64,000 nt of DNA, from positions 232,190 to 296,189 of the forward strand of contig JAQGDQ010000287.1 in assembly GCA_030141605.1 (NCBI GenBank), given 5' to 3'. The notes under the pieces are model-generated. The model did no database searches. It saw only the letters and a program-made list of their open reading frames with translations, and was not told the DNA's origin. The position numbers and the translations under genes were made by a program. Positions 62,218 through 64,000 of the stretch are shown piece by piece. Positions within the stretch are counted from its first letter, which is position 1. Each line of letters starts with the position of its first letter. Source of the stretch: Tubiluchus corallicola (taxonomy: Eukaryota; Animalia; Priapulida).

Positions 62218-63080
62218 ACGTCTGTTGGACTTTTCAAGTGTTGCAAAAAAGTCGCTGCCCCTGAAACCCTGGTTTTGTTTAATTAACAGGATACATTATG
62301 CCAATACAATGTAGGTCAGATAAGTTTGTGAAGTTGCATTTTAATACTAAAGCTGCACGTATTGCTAGTTTGTATTTCTCTAAGGTAGCCGCCAAGGTTA
62401 TGTTTACCACTGCCACTGTACCATTGTTTTGGGAGTGTCCTTGGGCTGCTGTCGACGGTAGTATTTGGAGCAACTACTATTTACCCTGCACCATCCTTCG
62501 ATGCGGAAGAAGCTTTAAAATCCGTCCAAAATGAAAGGTAAAGAGCAGAGCTTTGAGATATAAGTGTGAAGGAAAGTTTTATGTTATTTAGTGTAAATAT
62601 TTGAACTTTAAAGTTTTTTCTATGTAACTTATATGGCTGAGTGTGTATACAGTTATTTTTTCCTGTTCATTCTATCCTAAAGTTTGATGGGAAAACTGCC
62701 ACAGTATGAATTCACAAACACCTCACTTCACAACCTTATTTCTTGCTGAATTTCAGTTTGTATTTTGCATTTTTTGATAAGGTTTGCTACTTTTCCCTGA
62801 ATTTGTATCATACGAATATTTGTTTCATTTTGGAATATTTGTAATGACAAGTGGCTAGCAGTGAATGCTGTATCTACATTCTCTGTGACATGCTGATGAT
62901 CTAGGATGATTATTTACTGCAGTTTAAGAAATCGTCTAAATGTGATTTGTCATGCTTGTTACGAGAGAACACTTTGCCAGTTTGACTTTCAAAATACTTC
63001 TGTGTTAGGTGTTTTTGGTCTCTGATCTTTTACATTATTCTAACATGTGTAATTACTAGCATGAGCCCTGGCCACATAAG

Positions 63081-63666
63081 CAGGCTGCATAAGATTATGG
63101 ATATCCATAAAATAAGACCAAAAATCCATCAAATAAAATTTGAAAAATCCATAAAATAAGAAATGCATAAAGTAAAAAAATATTTTTTTGTGATTTTTTG
63201 TACAAAGTAACGAGTTGTAAGCATTGGCAACACTGAAAACGAACGTTAGAAGGAGAGAAAGAGAAAGAAAACAAACCAACAAAAGCGCATTTCCAGATTT
63301 GCTATTTTACATTGTTTTTTCTCATTGTCTTTTTGTTATCAAGATGGCAAAGTATCAACCAAAGCATGAGCTGAAGTTCAGTCTGAAAATAACTGAGAGA
63401 GAAACAGCCATTGTCTCGCAAAATTTGAAGTGATATGAAACCGATAAAATTAAAACGAAACCGATAAAATTAAAACTAAGTCCTGCGTGTTTAAAAACAC
63501 GTTTCAAGCACTCCTGTTTTTACTTTTTAATTGATTTCCCCCGGGCATCTCGTTCCAGAGATAGTCTATTTTTTATTTTATTGATATCCATAAAATAAAA
63601 TTTCAAAAATCCATAAAATAAGCTATTTTATTTATTTTATACATATCCATAATCTTATGCACCCTG
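63081..63666. mobile_element. hAT-type MITE
   Basis: Perfect 8-bp TSD CACATAAG (63073-80, 63667-74); TIR CAGG(C/G)TGCATAAGATTATGGATAT; subterminal ATCCATAAAATA repeats. Confidence 0.9.
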
Positions 63667-64000
63667 CACATAAGTAATTGCCCAAAAAAAAGATGGCAAT
63701 ATTTTCTTCCTTGGGATGAATCCACAAAAATTGTGATTCAATATATTTTGGTGGTGTGCGCATGAAAGAGCAAAGTTATTTGTTTTGCAATAAAACTCAC
63801 GACGTCCTGCAAGAAGAAAACAGGATTGCTCAGGATTACTTTCTCCAAAATATTTCAGTCAATGACATACATTCTCCAGTGCATGGTCGTGGCAAGTTCA
63901 TTCAATTTTTTCTCTGTAGATTTTTTGTTCCTGCCACTAGAATGAAGTTTTTCCATACAGCCTTATACTTTATATCCCTCTGTATTTGTTTATGCTGCAA

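Overview
AT-rich invertebrate (metazoan) nuclear genomic DNA with spliceosomal GT-AG introns; not prokaryotic. Four multi-exon genes can be spliced by hand into intact frames. MTR4/MTREX exosome helicase (+, 5 coding exons, 13469-23097, about 1034 aa). Cyclin B (-, 8 coding exons, 27030-34399, about 410 aa), with D-box, CCAAT/CHR promoter and CPE/Pumilio-rich 3' end. RAB28 (+, 6 coding exons, 39152-43439, 222 aa). The 3' six exons of an ACSF2-like acyl-CoA synthetase (-, 51938-60765; 5' part beyond the window). A tentative fifth gene (signal peptide, Cys-loop-receptor-like, possibly frameshifted) runs off the left edge. Intergenic and intronic DNA is full of non-autonomous DNA transposons (hAT with 8-bp TSDs, Kolobok-type with TTAA TSDs, a MULE with a 9-bp TSD nested in a CR1-like LINE), LINE remnants and tRNA-derived SINEs. 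Five unrelated minisatellites (40, 39, 25, 31 and 46 bp units) cluster in 46-62 kb. The three 550-650 aa ORFs at 52.6-54.6 kb are artefacts of the 25-bp repeat. The most unusual signals are a minisatellite built from an amplified 5' splice site (about 15 perfect AG|GTAAGT decoy donors in hairpins), inverted MITEs around MTR4 exons 2-4, and an intron-poor MTR4 among intron-rich neighbours. All calls are by eye; no searches were run.
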